Notes: generated from the sequence alone by a model not told the origin. Shown: positions 7,356 to 18,632, numbered from the stretch's first letter. The stretch is DNA of 64,000 bases from an uncultured Lachnospiraceae bacterium (GCA_947243855.1 CAMXIK010000018.1:6813-70812), one strand, 5' to 3'. A program made the numbers and translations.

Positions 7356-8843
7356 ATGGACAAAGACAATGTATTCGACGGAGAAAAAGCCATGAACAAG
7401 GCGGCCATTGCCTGTCATACCGTGATCGTGATTGTGTTGGAACTGGCTTATCTCATGGAGGTGGTCAAAGGCAGCAGGACGGTGGGATATTACCTGCTTT
7501 TTTCGGTGGTTGCGATACTGCCGGTAGCGATTGAGTTTTTTATGTACCAAAGAGAGCCGTCAGATCTGCGGCTTAAATATGTGATAGGCGTCACTTATAG
7601 CCTGTTTTATATTTTTGTGGTGTTTACGACAGTAAGCATGGTTGCTTTTACTTATATTATACCTCTCTATATGGTATTGATTCTTTATTCCGACGTGAAG
7701 CTCTGCGCATGGGTGTCCGGGACAGGGCTTGTCGTCAATTTGGCGTTTCTGGGCTGGCAGGGTATGATAGGAGGTTTGGCGGAAGCGGATATGGCGAGTT
7801 ATGAGATTCGTGTGGCGCTTCTTTTGCTGGTGGCAATTTTCCTCTGCCTGTCCACGAAGACATTGGAAAAGATTAATACCTCTAAGCTGCAAGAACTGGA
7901 TCGGGAGAAAGAGAATGTTTCGATGCTGTTAGACAGGGTAATGAATGTGTCTGGACAGATGTCCGGCGGTATTCTGGATATGGCGGAACAGATGGCGGAA
8001 CTTGGCGAGGCGGTTTCTGAGACCAGAAACGCTATGCAGGAGGTTTCCTCCGGCACCAACGAAACCGCAGAGTCGATTCAGAATCAGTTGGGAAAAACAG
8101 AGGAAATTCAGAACCATATCGGAGAGATGGCGGATGTGATGGGCGCGATCACCCAGAGCATGACGGAAGCCAAAGACAGCGTACAAATGGGCAGGGAGAA
8201 TCTGGCTGTCTTGACGAAACAGATGGAGAGCTCAGAAAAAGCCGGTCTGCGGGCTGTGGAAGATATGCGGGAGTTGGAAGAAGACACCGCAAACATGCAG
8301 ACGATTATTGATATGATTACCAACGTGGCCAGCCAGACCAGCCTGCTCGCCCTGAATGCCAGCATTGAGGCGGCGCGCGCGGGAGAGGCGGGCAAAGGGT
8401 TTGCGGTGGTGGCGACCGAGATTTCCAATCTAGCCAACCAGACACAGGGAGCTACCGTAAATATTACGGATGTGATACGCAGCGTTTCGGAGAAATTAAA
8501 GATCGCTGCAAACGCAGTGGAAGAGCTGATGGAGAGTAACCGGAAGCAAAGTGAATCCGCCGCGCAGGCCGCCGACAGCTTTGAAAAGATTGCGGTAGGC
8601 ACAGGTCAGGTGGATGAACAGAGTAAAAAACTGGACAGTTCCGTGAAACAACTGGCGGAAGCAAATAGAGTGATTGTGGAGAGCATACAGACAATTTCAG
8701 CGATTATGGAGGAAGTGTCCGCACATTCTCAAGAGACATTCCGCGTGAGTGAAAACAACACGAATATTGTCTCTTCGGTCGACCGGTTGGTGGAGGAACT
8801 GAGCAGTCAGGCACAGCAGTTAAAACAGACGCAGGGCGCGTAA
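7356..8843 (+). CDS. Methyl-accepting chemotaxis protein with a polytopic membrane sensor
   Basis: [27 protein letters not shown] signalling hairpin; about 6 N-terminal TM helices. Confidence 0.95.
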   Translation: MDKDNVFDGEKAMNKAAIACHTVIVIVLELAYLMEVVKGSRTVGYYLLFSVVAILPVAIEFFMYQREPSDLRLKYVIGVTYSLFYIFVVFTTVSMVAFTYIIPLYMVLILYSDVKLCAWVSGTGLVVNLAFLGWQGMIGGLAEADMASYEIRVALLLLVAIFLCLSTKTLEKINTSKLQELDREKENVSMLLDRVMNVSGQMSGGILDMAEQMAELGEAVSETRNAMQEVSSGTNETAESIQNQLGKTEEIQNHIGEMADVMGAITQSMTEAKDSVQMGRENLAVLTKQMESSEKAGLRAVEDMRELEEDTANMQTIIDMITNVASQTSLLALNASIEAARAGEAGKGFAVVATEISNLANQTQGATVNITDVIRSVSEKLKIAANAVEELMESNRKQSESAAQAADSFEKIAVGTGQVDEQSKKLDSSVKQLAEANRVIVESIQTISAIMEEVSAHSQETFRVSENNTNIVSSVDRLVEELSSQAQQLKQTQGA

Positions 8844-8887
8844 GACTGCTGTATCAATATTCATTGGAAAGAGAAAGGGGAGGGAAA

Positions 8888-9862
8888 ATGGGATTTTTGA
8901 AAAATCAGTTTTCTAGTGTTATCGAATGGAATGAAAACGGCGCGGGCGTGCTGTTTTACAAGTTCCAGAATCAGGAGATCAAGAAAGGTTCCCGATTGAT
9001 TATTCGTCCGGGTCAGGATGCGATCTTCTTGTATAACGGCAGGGTGGAAGGAATTTTTGAAGAAGACGGCGATTATGATATCGAGTCGGATATCATTCCG
9101 TTCCTCACCACATTGAAGAGCTTTAAATTTGGTTTCAGCACACCGCTTCGGGCGGAGGTACTCTTTATCAACACGAAGGAGCTTTTGGTCAAGTGGGGCA
9201 CGAAGAATGCCATCAACCTGCCGGCGCCGGGACTTCCGGGCGGTATGCCGGTTCGCGCTTTTGGCACCTTTAACTGCAGAGTGGCGGCTCACGACGTACT
9301 GATCGAGAAACTGGCTGGTATCCGGCAGACTTACACTGTGGAGGATGTGAAGGAGCGTATTATCGCAAGCCTTGACCAACTGCTGATGAGCTGGATCAGC
9401 AAAGAGGGCAGGGATATGTTTAATCTGCAGGCGGATGCGCGAAATATCGCGAAGGGGATCGAGGGTGAACTGGATGCGGATATGGAAACGCTCGGTATCG
9501 CTATTTCGGGCTTTACGATTGAGAGCTTCTCTTATCCAGAAGAGATCCGCAAGATGCAGGAGAAAGCGGCGGCTCAGTCCATGGTGGGCGATATGAACAA
9601 GTACACCCAGATGGCGGCGGCGGACTCTATGGGTAAAGGCGGCAGCGGCGCAGGCATGGCCTCCGATATGGTGGGATTACAAATGGGTATGGCCATCGGA
9701 CAGCAGATGGTGAACCAGATGAACTTAAACGGCGGCGCAAATACAGCCGGACAGGGGCAGCAGGCGGAACAGGGCGGACAGGGTCCGAAGTTTTGTCCGA
9801 ACTGCGGCACGCCCACGACGGGAAGTAAATTCTGCGGGAACTGCGGCAATCAACTGTACTAA
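8888..9862 (+). CDS. SPFH/Band-7-like (YdjI/virion-core type) protein with C-terminal zinc ribbon
   Basis: GSRLIIRPGQDAIF, EVLFIN, KWGT, PVRAFG motifs; CPNCG...CGNCG. Confidence 0.85.
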   Translation: MGFLKNQFSSVIEWNENGAGVLFYKFQNQEIKKGSRLIIRPGQDAIFLYNGRVEGIFEEDGDYDIESDIIPFLTTLKSFKFGFSTPLRAEVLFINTKELLVKWGTKNAINLPAPGLPGGMPVRAFGTFNCRVAAHDVLIEKLAGIRQTYTVEDVKERIIASLDQLLMSWISKEGRDMFNLQADARNIAKGIEGELDADMETLGIAISGFTIESFSYPEEIRKMQEKAAAQSMVGDMNKYTQMAAADSMGKGGSGAGMASDMVGLQMGMAIGQQMVNQMNLNGGANTAGQGQQAEQGGQGPKFCPNCGTPTTGSKFCGNCGNQLY

Positions 9863-9868
9863 CGTACA

Positions 9869-9959
9869 GTTAATATGATGCACACATGCAGCAAGCTGCA
9901 TGGCGCGTATACGGACAGCGCAGCAAGTGCGCAGTCCTGATTGGAGACTGAGAATTAAC
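9869..9959. repeat. Intergenic multi-hairpin REP/MITE-like element
   Basis: Outer GTTAAT/ATTAAC; inner CATGCAGC-AA-GCTGCATG, GCGCA/TGCGC and CAGTC/GACTG hairpins. Confidence 0.5.
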
Positions 9960-12338
9960 ATGAGTATATATGATACATTGAACGAGAGACAGAGGCAGGC
10001 CGTCATGCAGACTGACGGCCCTGTTCTGATTTTGGCGGGTGCGGGTTCCGGTAAGACTAGAGTGTTGACGCATAGGGTGGCATACCTGATCGATAGGGCA
10101 GGTGTGGCGCCTTATCATATTTTAGCGATTACCTTTACCAACAAGGCGGCGGGGGAGATGCGGGAACGCGTGGACAAGATTGTGGGTTTTGGCGCGGAGC
10201 AGATCTGGGTTTCCACCTTTCATTCCACCTGCGTGCGGATCTTACGCCGGTACATAGACAGGCTGGGGTATGACAATCATTTTACGATCTATGATACGGA
10301 CGACCAGAAGGGAATTATGAAGGAAGTCTGCAAAAAACTACAGATTGATACGAAGATGTTAAAGGAGCGGACGATTTTGAGCGCCATTTCCTCCGCCAAG
10401 GACGAGCTGATCAGCCCTATGGAATACGAAATGCAGAATGGGTTCGATTACAACGGAAGCAGGATTGCAAAGGCTTATCGGGAATATCAGGAGACGCTCA
10501 AGAAAAACAACGCTTTGGATTTTGACGATCTGATTATGAAGACGGTGGAATTGTTTAAGGCGGATGCACAGGTGCTGGCCGCTTATCAGGACCGGTTCCG
10601 TTATATTATGGTGGACGAATATCAGGATACCAACACGGCACAGTTTGAACTGATCCGGCTGTTGGCATCGGGACATCGGAACCTCTGTGTGGTGGGCGAC
10701 GACGACCAGTCGATCTACAAATTCAGGGGAGCGAACATCCGTAATATATTGGATTTTGAGAAGGTTTATCCGGATGCCTGCGTGATCAAACTGGAACAGA
10801 ATTACCGTTCCACGCAGGTGGTTTTGGACGCGGCCAACGCCGTGATCAAAAATAATACGGGACGGAAAGAGAAAGCGCTCTGGACGGATAAGACGGAAGG
10901 GTCCCGCATCTGTTTCCGGCAGTTTGACACGGCCTATGAGGAGGCGGAATATGTCGCCGGGGATGTGGCGAAGAAAAAAAGGAGCGGAGAGATATCCTAC
11001 GGCGATTGTGCGGTGCTTTATCGTACCAATGCACAGGCCCGTCTTTTGGAGGAACGCTTTATTATGGAAGGCATTCCCTATGATGTGGTGGGCGGCACCA
11101 ACTTTTATTCCAGACGGGAGATCAAGGATGTGCTCGCTTATTTAAAGACTATCGACAATGGCAGGGACGACGTGGCGGTGAAGCGGATTATCAACGTGCC
11201 AAGGCGGGGAATCGGCGCGGCTACCATTCAGCGGGTGCAGGATTATGCCGACGAGAATGGGATTAGCTTTTACGACGCCTTACGGCAGGCGGAGCAGATT
11301 GCGGCTATCGGGCGCAGCGCTGGGAAACTGACTCCCTTTGTTACGATGATACAAGGTTTTCGGAGTAAAATGGAGTTTTACAGTCTTTCAGAACTGGTGA
11401 AGGATGTGCTCGATCTGACTGGGTATTTGAAAGAACTGGAGGAATCCGACGAGGAGGACGCGGCCGACCGCATCGAAAATATTGACGAGTTAGTCAACAA
11501 GGTGGTGGCCTACGAAGAGGAGCACGACGAGCCTGTCTTGAGCGAGTTTTTGGAGGAAGTTGCTCTGGTGGCGGATATTGACCGGGTGGATGAGGAGAGC
11601 GATAAGGTGCTTCTCATGACCCTGCACAGCGCCAAGGGGCTGGAATTTCAGCATGTTTATCTGGCGGGCATGGAGGACGGTATCTTTCCAAGCTACATGA
11701 CGATTACTTCGGACGATCCGCTGGAGATCGAGGAGGAGAGGCGGCTTGCCTACGTGGGAATTACCAGGGCGAAGGAGGAATTGACGCTCACCTGCGCCAA
11801 ACAGCGCATGATCAGAGGCGAAACCCAGTACAATCCTGTCAGCCGTTTTGTCAGGGAAATTCCGCCCCTGCTTATGGACAGCACGCCCGCTCCTGCAAGG
11901 CGCAGACAAGAGGAGGTCTACGAAGAAGATTCTTTGGAGAGGAGCCGTCTGCGGACAAAACCCTATGCGGCCCCGATGCCTGCCCGGACAAAACAGACGC
12001 CGGTAGGCGGCAGACCATTTGGCGGCGTTGGCTTCGGAAAGCCGGCGGGTGAGATCGGCTATGGAAAACCAATTGGCGGAATCATGGAGAAAGCGGTTCC
12101 CAAGACGGCGGCAGCAGGGAGAGCAATGCAGACCGAAAACGCAGCGGCGGCAGGAAACGGCGCATTGTCCGGCGGACTTGGCTATGAAAAGGGAGACCGG
12201 GTGCGGCATATGCGTTATGGGGAGGGCACTGTCCTAAAAATCGAGCCCGGACCCAGAGATAGTCAGGTGACGGTCGTTTTTGACGGAGCCGGTCAAAAGA
12301 TTATGTATGCAGGATTTGCGAAGCTGCAGAAGGTGTAA
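9960..12338 (+). CDS. pcrA: ATP-dependent DNA helicase PcrA
   Basis: AGAGSGKT, DEYQDTN, GDDDQSIY, EQNYRS, LMTLHSAKGLE, YVGITRA; C-terminal Tudor-like domain. Confidence 0.97.
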   Translation: MSIYDTLNERQRQAVMQTDGPVLILAGAGSGKTRVLTHRVAYLIDRAGVAPYHILAITFTNKAAGEMRERVDKIVGFGAEQIWVSTFHSTCVRILRRYIDRLGYDNHFTIYDTDDQKGIMKEVCKKLQIDTKMLKERTILSAISSAKDELISPMEYEMQNGFDYNGSRIAKAYREYQETLKKNNALDFDDLIMKTVELFKADAQVLAAYQDRFRYIMVDEYQDTNTAQFELIRLLASGHRNLCVVGDDDQSIYKFRGANIRNILDFEKVYPDACVIKLEQNYRSTQVVLDAANAVIKNNTGRKEKALWTDKTEGSRICFRQFDTAYEEAEYVAGDVAKKKRSGEISYGDCAVLYRTNAQARLLEERFIMEGIPYDVVGGTNFYSRREIKDVLAYLKTIDNGRDDVAVKRIINVPRRGIGAATIQRVQDYADENGISFYDALRQAEQIAAIGRSAGKLTPFVTMIQGFRSKMEFYSLSELVKDVLDLTGYLKELEESDEEDAADRIENIDELVNKVVAYEEEHDEPVLSEFLEEVALVADIDRVDEESDKVLLMTLHSAKGLEFQHVYLAGMEDGIFPSYMTITSDDPLEIEEERRLAYVGITRAKEELTLTCAKQRMIRGETQYNPVSRFVREIPPLLMDSTPAPARRRQEEVYEEDSLERSRLRTKPYAAPMPARTKQTPVGGRPFGGVGFGKPAGEIGYGKPIGGIMEKAVPKTAAAGRAMQTENAAAAGNGALSGGLGYEKGDRVRHMRYGEGTVLKIEPGPRDSQVTVVFDGAGQKIMYAGFAKLQKV

Positions 12339-12458
12339 AGATTGAAGTATAAAAATTCCATTTTTTTCATAAAATAAAATATTCAGATATAGTAAAAACG
12401 AAAAAGACGTGGTATACTATACGAAATGGCAGATTTTTAGGAAAGAGAGGGTTACAGG

Positions 12459-12737
12459 ATGAGTAAGAAAGAGATTTTGAATAAATTGGATGAGATCATG
12501 GATAATGCGGGGGTGAGCGATTTCCTCGGCAGAAAGCATGAGGAAGAGAAGAAGAGCAATACCCTGTTGTGGGTGTTTGCCGTGATTGGTGCGATTGCGG
12601 CGGTGGCGGCGATCGCTTATGCGGTTTACCGTTATCTGACTCCGGACTATTTGGAAGACTTTGAGGACGATTTCGACGATGATTTTGACGACGATTTCTT
12701 TGAAGACGAGGATGACGATGAGGAGACGGGTAAGTAG
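12459..12737 (+). CDS. Small membrane protein with acidic tail (DUF4366-like)
   Basis: One TM helix followed by YLTPDYLEDFEDDFDDD. Confidence 0.7.
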   Translation: MSKKEILNKLDEIMDNAGVSDFLGRKHEEEKKSNTLLWVFAVIGAIAAVAAIAYAVYRYLTPDYLEDFEDDFDDDFDDDFFEDEDDDEETGK

Positions 12738-12836
12738 GAACCCGCTGTGAGATGAGAGAAAAGATGAGGCAGATTTGGGGTGCGGAAGACGTATCCTGAA
12801 TCTGCTTCTTTGAGTTAAGAAGCATGGGAGATTTCT

Positions 12837-14435
12837 ATGAAAAAAGGACAGACGATAGAGGGGATCGTAGCGCGGACCGATTTTCCGAATAAAGGAATCC
12901 TTTCTTGTGAAGAGGGCGTTTGTACGGTGAAGAACGCCCTGCCCGGTCAAAAAGTGCGGGCGGTTGTAAACAAAGCGCGAAACGGAAGGTATGAGGGCAG
13001 GCTTTTGGAAGTTCTGGCGCCGTCGCCGCTTGAGACGGAAAGTCCCTGTCCCCATTTTGGGAGCTGCGGCGGCTGCACATGGCTGTCCTTTCCCTATGAG
13101 GAAAGCTTGAAAATCAAGGAAGAGCAGGTGTGGCGGCTGTTATCCCCTGCGCTTGCCATGCAGGAGGAGGCGTGCCAATTTGAGCCGGTTAAGGCGTCCC
13201 CTGTTGCTTTCGGCTACCGCAATAAGATGGAGTTTACGTTTGGCGACGAGGTGAAAGACGGCCCCCTTTCGCTTGGAATGCACAAGCGGGGGAGCTTTTA
13301 CGATATTGTTTCCGTGACGGATTGTCAGATTGTGGAGGAAGATTACCGGAAGATTTTGCGCTGTACCGTTTCCTATTTCCAGGAATTGCAGGAAAGAGGC
13401 GTGGATATTGCCTTTTATCACAGACTGCGTCATGAGGGATATCTGCGTCATCTTGTGGTAAGGAAAGCGGCAAAAACGGGAGAGATTCTGGTGGCGCTTG
13501 TGACCACGGGGCAGACGCCAGTGCGGCCAAAAGCGCAGGATGAAGTACAGGGAAAGGCGGCGCAGGAGAGCGGCGTCGAGCGGGAAATTCTCGACGGTTT
13601 TCGGGACAAGCTGCTGGCTCTGCCGCTTGACGGTCAGATTGCGGGCATTTTGCATGTGAGAAATGATTCCGCAGCGGACGTGGTGCAAAGCGACGAGACC
13701 ACGGTACTGTACGGCAGGGATTACTTTTATGAGGAGCTGCTGGGCCTGCGGTTTCGGATATCGCTGTTTTCTTTTTTTCAGACAAACAGTCTGGGGGCGG
13801 AACTGCTATACAGCACGGCGAGGTCGTATATTTCTGACTGTATTTCGGGGCCGGATGGGAAGGAAGGCAAAGACGCGCAGGGGAAGATTGTGTACGACCT
13901 TTACAGCGGCACGGGAACCATCGCCCAACTGATGGCGCCCGTGGCGAAAAAGGTGATTGGCGTGGAGATTGTGGAGGAGGCCGTGGAAGCGGCTCGGAGA
14001 AACGCAGAGCTAAATGGTTTACATAACTGTAATTTTATTGCCGGAGACGTGCTGAAAGTGCTAGACGAAATTGAGGAGAAGCCGGATTTCATTATTTTAG
14101 ACCCACCGCGGGACGGCGTGCATCCCAAAGCGCTGCGAAAGATTATCGGCTACGGTGTGGAGTCTATTTTATACATTTCCTGTAAGGCGAGCAGTCTGGC
14201 AAGGGATTTGGAAGTGTTTCTGGCGAGCGGGTATCGGGCGCAGCGCTGCGTGCCGATCGATCAGTTTCCTTGGACGACGGGGGTGGAGGTGGTGTGTTTG
14301 TTGTCCAAACTAAAACCAGACGATTACATTGATGTGGAACTGGATTTGGATTTGGAAGAAATGGATGTTGTTGCATCAGAGAAAGCGGCTACTTACCAAC
14401 AGATTAAGGACTATGTTATGGAGAAACATGGTTAA
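12837..14435 (+). CDS. rlmD: 23S rRNA (uracil-5)-methyltransferase RlmD/RumA with an island-derived C-terminal tail
   Basis: TRAM domain, CPHFGSCGGC Fe-S motif, SFFQTN, DLYSGTGT, DPPRDG, YISC, DQFP. Confidence 0.92.
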   Translation: MKKGQTIEGIVARTDFPNKGILSCEEGVCTVKNALPGQKVRAVVNKARNGRYEGRLLEVLAPSPLETESPCPHFGSCGGCTWLSFPYEESLKIKEEQVWRLLSPALAMQEEACQFEPVKASPVAFGYRNKMEFTFGDEVKDGPLSLGMHKRGSFYDIVSVTDCQIVEEDYRKILRCTVSYFQELQERGVDIAFYHRLRHEGYLRHLVVRKAAKTGEILVALVTTGQTPVRPKAQDEVQGKAAQESGVEREILDGFRDKLLALPLDGQIAGILHVRNDSAADVVQSDETTVLYGRDYFYEELLGLRFRISLFSFFQTNSLGAELLYSTARSYISDCISGPDGKEGKDAQGKIVYDLYSGTGTIAQLMAPVAKKVIGVEIVEEAVEAARRNAELNGLHNCNFIAGDVLKVLDEIEEKPDFIILDPPRDGVHPKALRKIIGYGVESILYISCKASSLARDLEVFLASGYRAQRCVPIDQFPWTTGVEVVCLLSKLKPDDYIDVELDLDLEEMDVVASEKAATYQQIKDYVMEKHG

Positions 14436-14608
14436 AGGTACATACGGCTTATATCGCATGGGTGAAGAAAAAATAAGGTTTAGACATGCGGAAAAATTAC
14501 CACCAGTTGAAAAATGAAAATTATACTGTAAAACAATGTACGGAAGAAAGGGAGATGTATATTAAGGAGGCATTGGAGTATTTTGCAATGATTGGAGGAG
14601 ACCGATAA
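14433..14608 (+). pseudogene. Broken continuation of the element-type RumA tail
   Basis: After a 1-nt deletion reads LKVHTAYIAWVKKK*GLDMRKNYH...KQCTEEREMYIKEALEYFAMI, matching the tail I recall on rumA genes next to integrated elements. Confidence 0.7.
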
Positions 14609-14955
14609 AGGGATATATTATCCGTTAGCCACGTGTTATCTGACCGAGATTTATAGGGGGGCTATTGCTGAAATTGTTGTAATGGCCTGATTTGTTTACA
14701 TAATGCTAAAAACGAAAGAAGGGATTAAATCATAGTGGAATATTATAAATAGATAATAAAATGGCGGTGAATGAGAATAAAAGCCTGTTCACCGCCACTT
14801 TGATGTATGAAGGAAATACGATTGGAAAGATAGGTGTAATGATCAAGGCTTTACTTGAGGAAATACCATTTGATCAGCTAGTTTAGAGTGTGCATAAAAA
14901 GGCGATATATTTTTTGAAACCATCTAATTATAGTAAGGAAGGGAAACCAGAGGCC

Positions 14956-15240
14956 CTAATTTTTTAGAGCTTCAATTATTTTCAATAATTTCAGTCTATC
15001 TTTTTTAGAGGTAACACCAGCATCTTCAAGTACACTATTGTATTGTTTCAAGTTTTCTTTATAAGAATTATTCTTGAATATATGTTGATTGATTGAATTA
15101 TATTTCTGCTTAATATTGTATCTGACTGTAGAAACAATTAAAATTACAATCATTAAAAGTGTTATAGAGATTACCACAATACTCCAAAATGCATATCTAT
15201 TTATTCCAAGCATAGCATTCCCTCCCTTTGACATTTTCAA
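14956..15240 (-). CDS. Small hypothetical membrane protein
   Basis: One N-terminal TM segment; GGAGG-like RBS before the internal MLGIN start. Confidence 0.45.
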   Translation of the reverse strand: MKMSKGGNAMLGINRYAFWSIVVISITLLMIVILIVSTVRYNIKQKYNSINQHIFKNNSYKENLKQYNSVLEDAGVTSKKDRLKLLKIIEALKN

Positions 15241-15549
15241 TCATTTGAAAGGAAATAAAAAAAGACAGAATTCTCCTAACAAATGAAAGTAATCACCAGT
15301 CGAATATTCAAAACAATAATAGCCAAAGTTTTTCATTAATAAATCCCATCAATATGACTATATAAGTTTTGAAGATTCTTGCTAGGAAAATCTATCCTTT
15401 ACTATAAAAGCAAGAAATAAATATTTATAAAGCAAATATTACATATTAAAACTTCTTTATACAAATATTACTATGCTTTATACTGGTATGTCAATATATT
15501 TTTGAAAATTTATATTAGGATTTTTTTTTTGGGGGGGGGGTGAATTTCG

Positions 15550-15598
15550 ACAAAAAATGTGGGGGGGGGGGCAGCGGACTGCCCCCCACATTTTTTGT
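15550..15598. repeat. Long hairpin ACAAAAAATGT-G11-CAG-[CGGA]-CTG-C6-ACATTTTTTGT
   Basis: Read directly; arms asymmetric (G11 vs C6); T10G10 run at 15521-15540. Confidence 0.85.
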
Positions 15599-15917
15599 GG
15601 CGTTGTTTAAGGCCGTCCACTTACGGACAAATTGTTTCTGCGAGCAGGAACAATTTCTTTGATAATGAAGCAGTGCGGATCGTAAAGGGTGAGACAATCT
15701 GTTCATGGTTTGTCCTCATGTGGGGAAAGTATAGATTGGTGAAACTCGTTTCCTAACGTAGAGCCATAAGTCCAGACCTTATAAAAAAGTGATTGGAATT
15801 ATGGATATTATATAAGTAAGATAGATATTTTATCATACACAAATTTACTTGCAATCTTATATGGGGGCATTATAATAATATTATAGGATAAAATTTTGAA
15901 CATAAAAGGTGATGGTA

Positions 15918-16181
15918 ATGAACAAAATAGAATTTTTTACAAATGATAGATATTTGGTTTTAAAAACATTGTATGAACATCAGATAGAGATTAATAATGC
16001 AGAGATATGCCCTATTACACAACAGGAGATAGCAGATGTTCTTGGTTGTAGTAAGGCAAAAGTGAATATGGTTCTAAATGAGTTGATCGACAATGGTTAT
16101 GTTCAAATTTACAATAATACGAAGGGCAGATATGTCCTGACGGAAAATGCAAAAAAGATAATAAAGAAATTAAAGTCCTAA
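15918..16181 (+). CDS. Winged-helix DNA-binding protein upstream of hsdR
   Basis: ITQQEIADVLGCSKAKVNMVLNELIDNGYV HTH plus wing. Confidence 0.8.
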   Translation: MNKIEFFTNDRYLVLKTLYEHQIEINNAEICPITQQEIADVLGCSKAKVNMVLNELIDNGYVQIYNNTKGRYVLTENAKKIIKKLKS

Positions 16182-16232
16182 ATATTGGACAGGAAATATA
16201 CTACAATAAAAAGAATTGAAGGAGAAAAGATT

Positions 16233-18632
16233 ATGCAGTTGACACCTGAAGAAATTGCGGAGCAACAAAAAAATGAAGAAAATACAAAGAAAAAGTACAT
16301 TACACCTGTCATTCAGGAGAGATGGGGAAAAGAAAACTCTGACAATATTATTATGGAATATTATTTTACAGATGGCAGAGTAAATATTGACGGAGATAAA
16401 GTATCAAGGGGAGAGAAGAAAAAAGCAGATTATCTTTTGTTGTTTAAAGACAACATTCCTTTGGCTTTGGTGGAAGCGAAGGGGATAGAGCATAGTGCAA
16501 TGGAAGGATATCAGCAGGTTCTTGAGTATGCTGAAATTTTGGATATTCCGTTTGCATATACGACAAATGGGATTGATTTGATTGAAGAGGATTTAATCAT
16601 CCATAAGAATAATGACAAATTAAAAATGCAGGATTTTCCATATCCCGAAGAATTGTGGGATAGGTATATTAAGGAAAAAGGTCTGACAGAAGATGAAGTT
16701 AGATTAATCAATCAACCTTATTATATTGATGCATCAAAGGCAAAGCCGAAGAAACCGCGCTATTATCAGAGGATCGCTATCAACAAAGTAATTGATGCAA
16801 TCGCACAGGGCAAGAACAGGATGCTTCTTGTCATGGCAACAGGAACAGGCAAGACATTTACTGCATTTCAGATTGTATGGAGATTGTGGAAGAGTAAGAC
16901 AAAAAAGAAAATCCTGTATTTGGTGGATAGAAATGCGCTTGCAGACCAGACAATGCAGAAAGATTTTAAACCATTTGTAGATGCTGGCGTTATGGTAAAA
17001 ATGAAAAGTGCAAACATCAGGAAAGATACTGCCTATGAGGTATATACAGCACTTTATCAGCAGTTGAAGAGCAAAGATAAAGATTACTACAAAGAACTTC
17101 CGCCTGATTTCTTTGATATGATTATTGTGGATGAGTGCCATAGGGGGTCTGCTGATTTAGATTCTAACTGGCATGAAATACTGGAGTATTTTGGCTCAGC
17201 AACACAGCTTGGACTTACTGCAACACCAAAAGAAACGGAAGATGTGTCAAATATAAATTATTTTTGTGCCCAGACAGGTGATAAACCATTGTATACATAT
17301 TCATTGAAACAGGGAATTGAAGATGGATTCCTTGCTCCATACAGGGTTATTTCTGTTGAACTCAATATTGATAAGGATGGTTACAGACCGCCATTAGGTA
17401 AACTGGATGTAGAGGGTAATCCTGTAGAAGATAGAATTTACACACAAAAAGATTTTGATAGGACTATTGTTGTAGAAGAACGGCGGGATATTGTTGCTAA
17501 AAGAATTACAGATTATATGATAGAAAACAGCTGTAGGTATGCAAAGACGATTGTGTTTTGTGAAGATATTCCTCATGCAGATGCTATGGTTTTGAAATTG
17601 AAAAACCTCAATTCAGATTTGGTACAGGAGAACAGTAAGTACATAATGAAAATCACAGGTGACGATGAAATAGGAAAGGCAGAATTGGAGAATTTCACTG
17701 ATCCAAATTCAAAATATCCTGTTATTGTAGTTACAAGCAAACTGATGTCAACGGGTGTTGATTCAGAAACCTGTGAGCTGATTGTATTGGATAAGTCTAT
17801 TGGTTCTATGACAGAATTCAAGCAGACAATCGGCAGGGGAACAAGGATCAATGAGAACTTTATGATTGATGAAGAAAAGAAGAGTAAACTGCATTTCACA
17901 ATCTTAGATTTTAGGTCAAATTACCATCAATTTGAAGATCCAGAATTTGATGGTGAACCAGTGGCAGTGATGGAAGTTGGCGAGAATGGCTCGTTTCCAA
18001 AGGGAAGCCCTCAAAAAGAAACAGATGAGAATAGCGAGGATAAAGATAAAGGCAAATCAAAAGCTCATATCCAAAAAGTAAAAGTTAATGGGGTGGATGT
18101 AACTATTGAGGGGGAAGAAGTACGCTATACAGATGAAAATGGGAACCTTGTCAAACAGAATATTGATAGTTGTGTAAAGAATAATATTTTGACCCGGTAT
18201 CCGACATATCAGGATTTTTATGTTTCTTTTAAGGCATCGGATGATAAGGATGGAATGACTATGGAGCTGTTGCTTGAAAGGACATATGTAAGGAAAATTA
18301 GGGAAGCAGTTGGATATTATATTGATAAGTTTGATATTGTCGGATTGGTAGGTTATAAACAACCGCCGAAATCAAAAGAAGAAAGATTACAGAAGGTCTA
18401 TGAGTCTGGAATCTTAGATGAATTGGATATTGAAAAAAGAGATATTGTGGAAACCATTTTGAATGAATACAAGACAGAGGACTTTTCAAAATTAAACGAT
18501 ATTACAGTGTTTAATCTGCCTGTATTTAAAGAAAAGGGTTATACATCCATGAAAATATTGAAAAAAATATTTGATGGAGATAAACAGAACTTTATTGACT
18601 TAATGAAACAGATAGAAGAAGTGTTATATTAG
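16233..18632 (+). CDS. hsdR: Type I restriction subunit R (EcoAI/EcoEI-like, about 800 aa)
   Basis: ADYLL...LVEAK nuclease motif, RYYQ, MATGTGKT, DECHRG, GLTATP, TIGRGTR. Confidence 0.93.
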   Translation: MQLTPEEIAEQQKNEENTKKKYITPVIQERWGKENSDNIIMEYYFTDGRVNIDGDKVSRGEKKKADYLLLFKDNIPLALVEAKGIEHSAMEGYQQVLEYAEILDIPFAYTTNGIDLIEEDLIIHKNNDKLKMQDFPYPEELWDRYIKEKGLTEDEVRLINQPYYIDASKAKPKKPRYYQRIAINKVIDAIAQGKNRMLLVMATGTGKTFTAFQIVWRLWKSKTKKKILYLVDRNALADQTMQKDFKPFVDAGVMVKMKSANIRKDTAYEVYTALYQQLKSKDKDYYKELPPDFFDMIIVDECHRGSADLDSNWHEILEYFGSATQLGLTATPKETEDVSNINYFCAQTGDKPLYTYSLKQGIEDGFLAPYRVISVELNIDKDGYRPPLGKLDVEGNPVEDRIYTQKDFDRTIVVEERRDIVAKRITDYMIENSCRYAKTIVFCEDIPHADAMVLKLKNLNSDLVQENSKYIMKITGDDEIGKAELENFTDPNSKYPVIVVTSKLMSTGVDSETCELIVLDKSIGSMTEFKQTIGRGTRINENFMIDEEKKSKLHFTILDFRSNYHQFEDPEFDGEPVAVMEVGENGSFPKGSPQKETDENSEDKDKGKSKAHIQKVKVNGVDVTIEGEEVRYTDENGNLVKQNIDSCVKNNILTRYPTYQDFYVSFKASDDKDGMTMELLLERTYVRKIREAVGYYIDKFDIVGLVGYKQPPKSKEERLQKVYESGILDELDIEKRDIVETILNEYKTEDFSKLNDITVFNLPVFKEKGYTSMKILKKIFDGDKQNFIDLMKQIEEVLY

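Noticed and set aside
12655-12725. GACGATTT repeats
   Set aside because: Encode the poly-Asp/Phe tail of the DUF4366-like protein
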